Shown: positions 62,888-64,000 of the stretch, piece by piece | Layout of the letters: each line of letters opens with the position of its first letter | Numbering within the stretch: the stretch's first letter is position 1 | From: Octopus bimaculoides | Lineage: Eukaryota | Direction: 5' to 3' | DNA length: 64,000 nucleotides | NCBI RefSeq assembly: GCF_001194135.2 | Contig: NC_068981.1 | Coordinates: 186,366,158-186,430,157 of the forward strand | Notes under the pieces: model-generated | What the model saw: only the letters and a program-made list of their open reading frames with translations | The model's database searches: none | Told to the model about the DNA's origin: nothing | Made by a program: the position numbers and the translations under genes

Positions 62888-62939
62888 GCTTCTTTCAGTT
62901 TCCGGCCTGAGGTTATAGTAGACACTTGCCCAAAGTGCT
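62881..62939 (-). mobile_element. SINE family A 5'-half fragment
   Basis: GATGGGCTTCTTTCAGTTTCCG..GAGGTTATAGTAGACACTTGCCCAA. Confidence 0.75.
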
Positions 62940-63969
62940 AACACACACTCACACTCATACCTCAACTTCACCTCCCACCCTAGACACAGCAAGCCCTCCA
63001 TCCCCTATTCCCAATTCCTCCGTCTACGCAGGCTCTGCAGTGACAGCCATGACTTTGAGACTCAGTAGACCTCGGCAGCATTTGAATGCTGGTAAACACT
63101 TTGTTCGGCGTGTTGACAACTCCTCCGGCTCGCCACTTTCTAATAATTAATACTGATATTACAGCGGTTGCTTTAATTATGTTATTTATTGCGTTGCGTG
63201 CAGCTTTGGTTTTCTAGCGTTTTTATTAACTCATATTTCATTTAAGCCCACTGTTATTGTTACTATTTTAGCAAGATTACGAAAAATTGATCTGGAACTA
63301 ATTGAAGCTTCAATTCATTGAGGTCTTAGGCCTTCAAAAACACTAAGTTGAAGTAGCTAAAGTGGGTTTTTTTTTAGGCCAGAATTACAAACATTTTCCT
63401 ATTGTAATCAGGTCAAGCAACAGCACAAATGCATTCTATTTGATGTGTTTTTGTCGAATTTGTTATCGCTATTGTGGTTGTTGTAGTTTTTTGTTTTGCT
63501 AGGGACCGGCACTTGTGAGCATTAGCGCCATCAAACCTATGGCACTGATGGAAATGATGAATGTCTAAGCGCCGTCTTTTGATCTAGAGCATTGCTGCTA
63601 AAATACGAGATGTCCGTAGAGATATGAGACGCGTTGCTTCAGGTTAAACTCAAAATTCAATTGATAGCATCATAATTATGTCAATGCAGCTGTTGAAATA
63701 TTTAGGACTTACAGGTGATTCGGGCTTTGTTCAGCTGAGTAACTTGCTGACTCAGGATGTTTATGCTGGAAGCTTCGTCGAAATTAAATAAGAAAAAACA
63801 AAATTTCTAGAAAATAAGTGCTGAATTTAACAGTGACACAGCTGAATAATCTGTCTGTAGAATTTATATGCGTTGAACTTGTGCACATGAGGCGTGGAAA
63901 TTATATATATATGTATATATGCACACATAGAGAAGTGACATACATATATAAATGTACTTGTATAAATAC

Positions 63970-64000
<31 letters not shown>

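Noticed and set aside
63503-63642. Exon candidate after a strong TTTTGCTAG acceptor
   Set aside because: Weak donor (GTTAAA) and stops in all frames.

Overview
AT-rich eukaryotic DNA from a short-read scaffold, with 14 N-gaps that are almost all flanked by microsatellites. The repeat content looks like octopus (coleoid cephalopod) DNA. That assignment comes from my recognition of the SINE/LINE sequences, not from a search. I found no recognisable host protein-coding gene, no rRNA, no functional tRNA and no CRISPR array. Most supplied ORFs are microsatellite or gap artefacts. The window is intergenic or intronic and dominated by mobile DNA: (1) about 40 pieces of tRNA-derived SINEs, which I label A, B and C-F (C-F share a head type but carry different 3' tails); (2) a complete but dead 1.2 kb maT/DD37D-like Tc1/mariner transposon with 28-bp TIRs and TA target duplications (56527-57730); (3) relics of R4/Dong-like, CR1-like and probably RTE LINEs; (4) six dispersed hammerhead-ribozyme-like motifs in four sequence types, read by eye. 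Where intact, these have CUGAUGA, helix II, GAA, a palindromic helix III (ACGU, ACAGCUGU or ACGGCCGU) and NUH. This matches the dimer-cleaving minimal hammerheads of Penelope-like retroelements, and every copy here carries at least one lesion. The most notable items are the ribozyme set and a CR1-like LINE 3' end that shares its terminal sequence and a covarying stem-loop with SINE A (a candidate LINE/SINE partner pair). A few isolated splice-consensus exon candidates are reported at low confidence.
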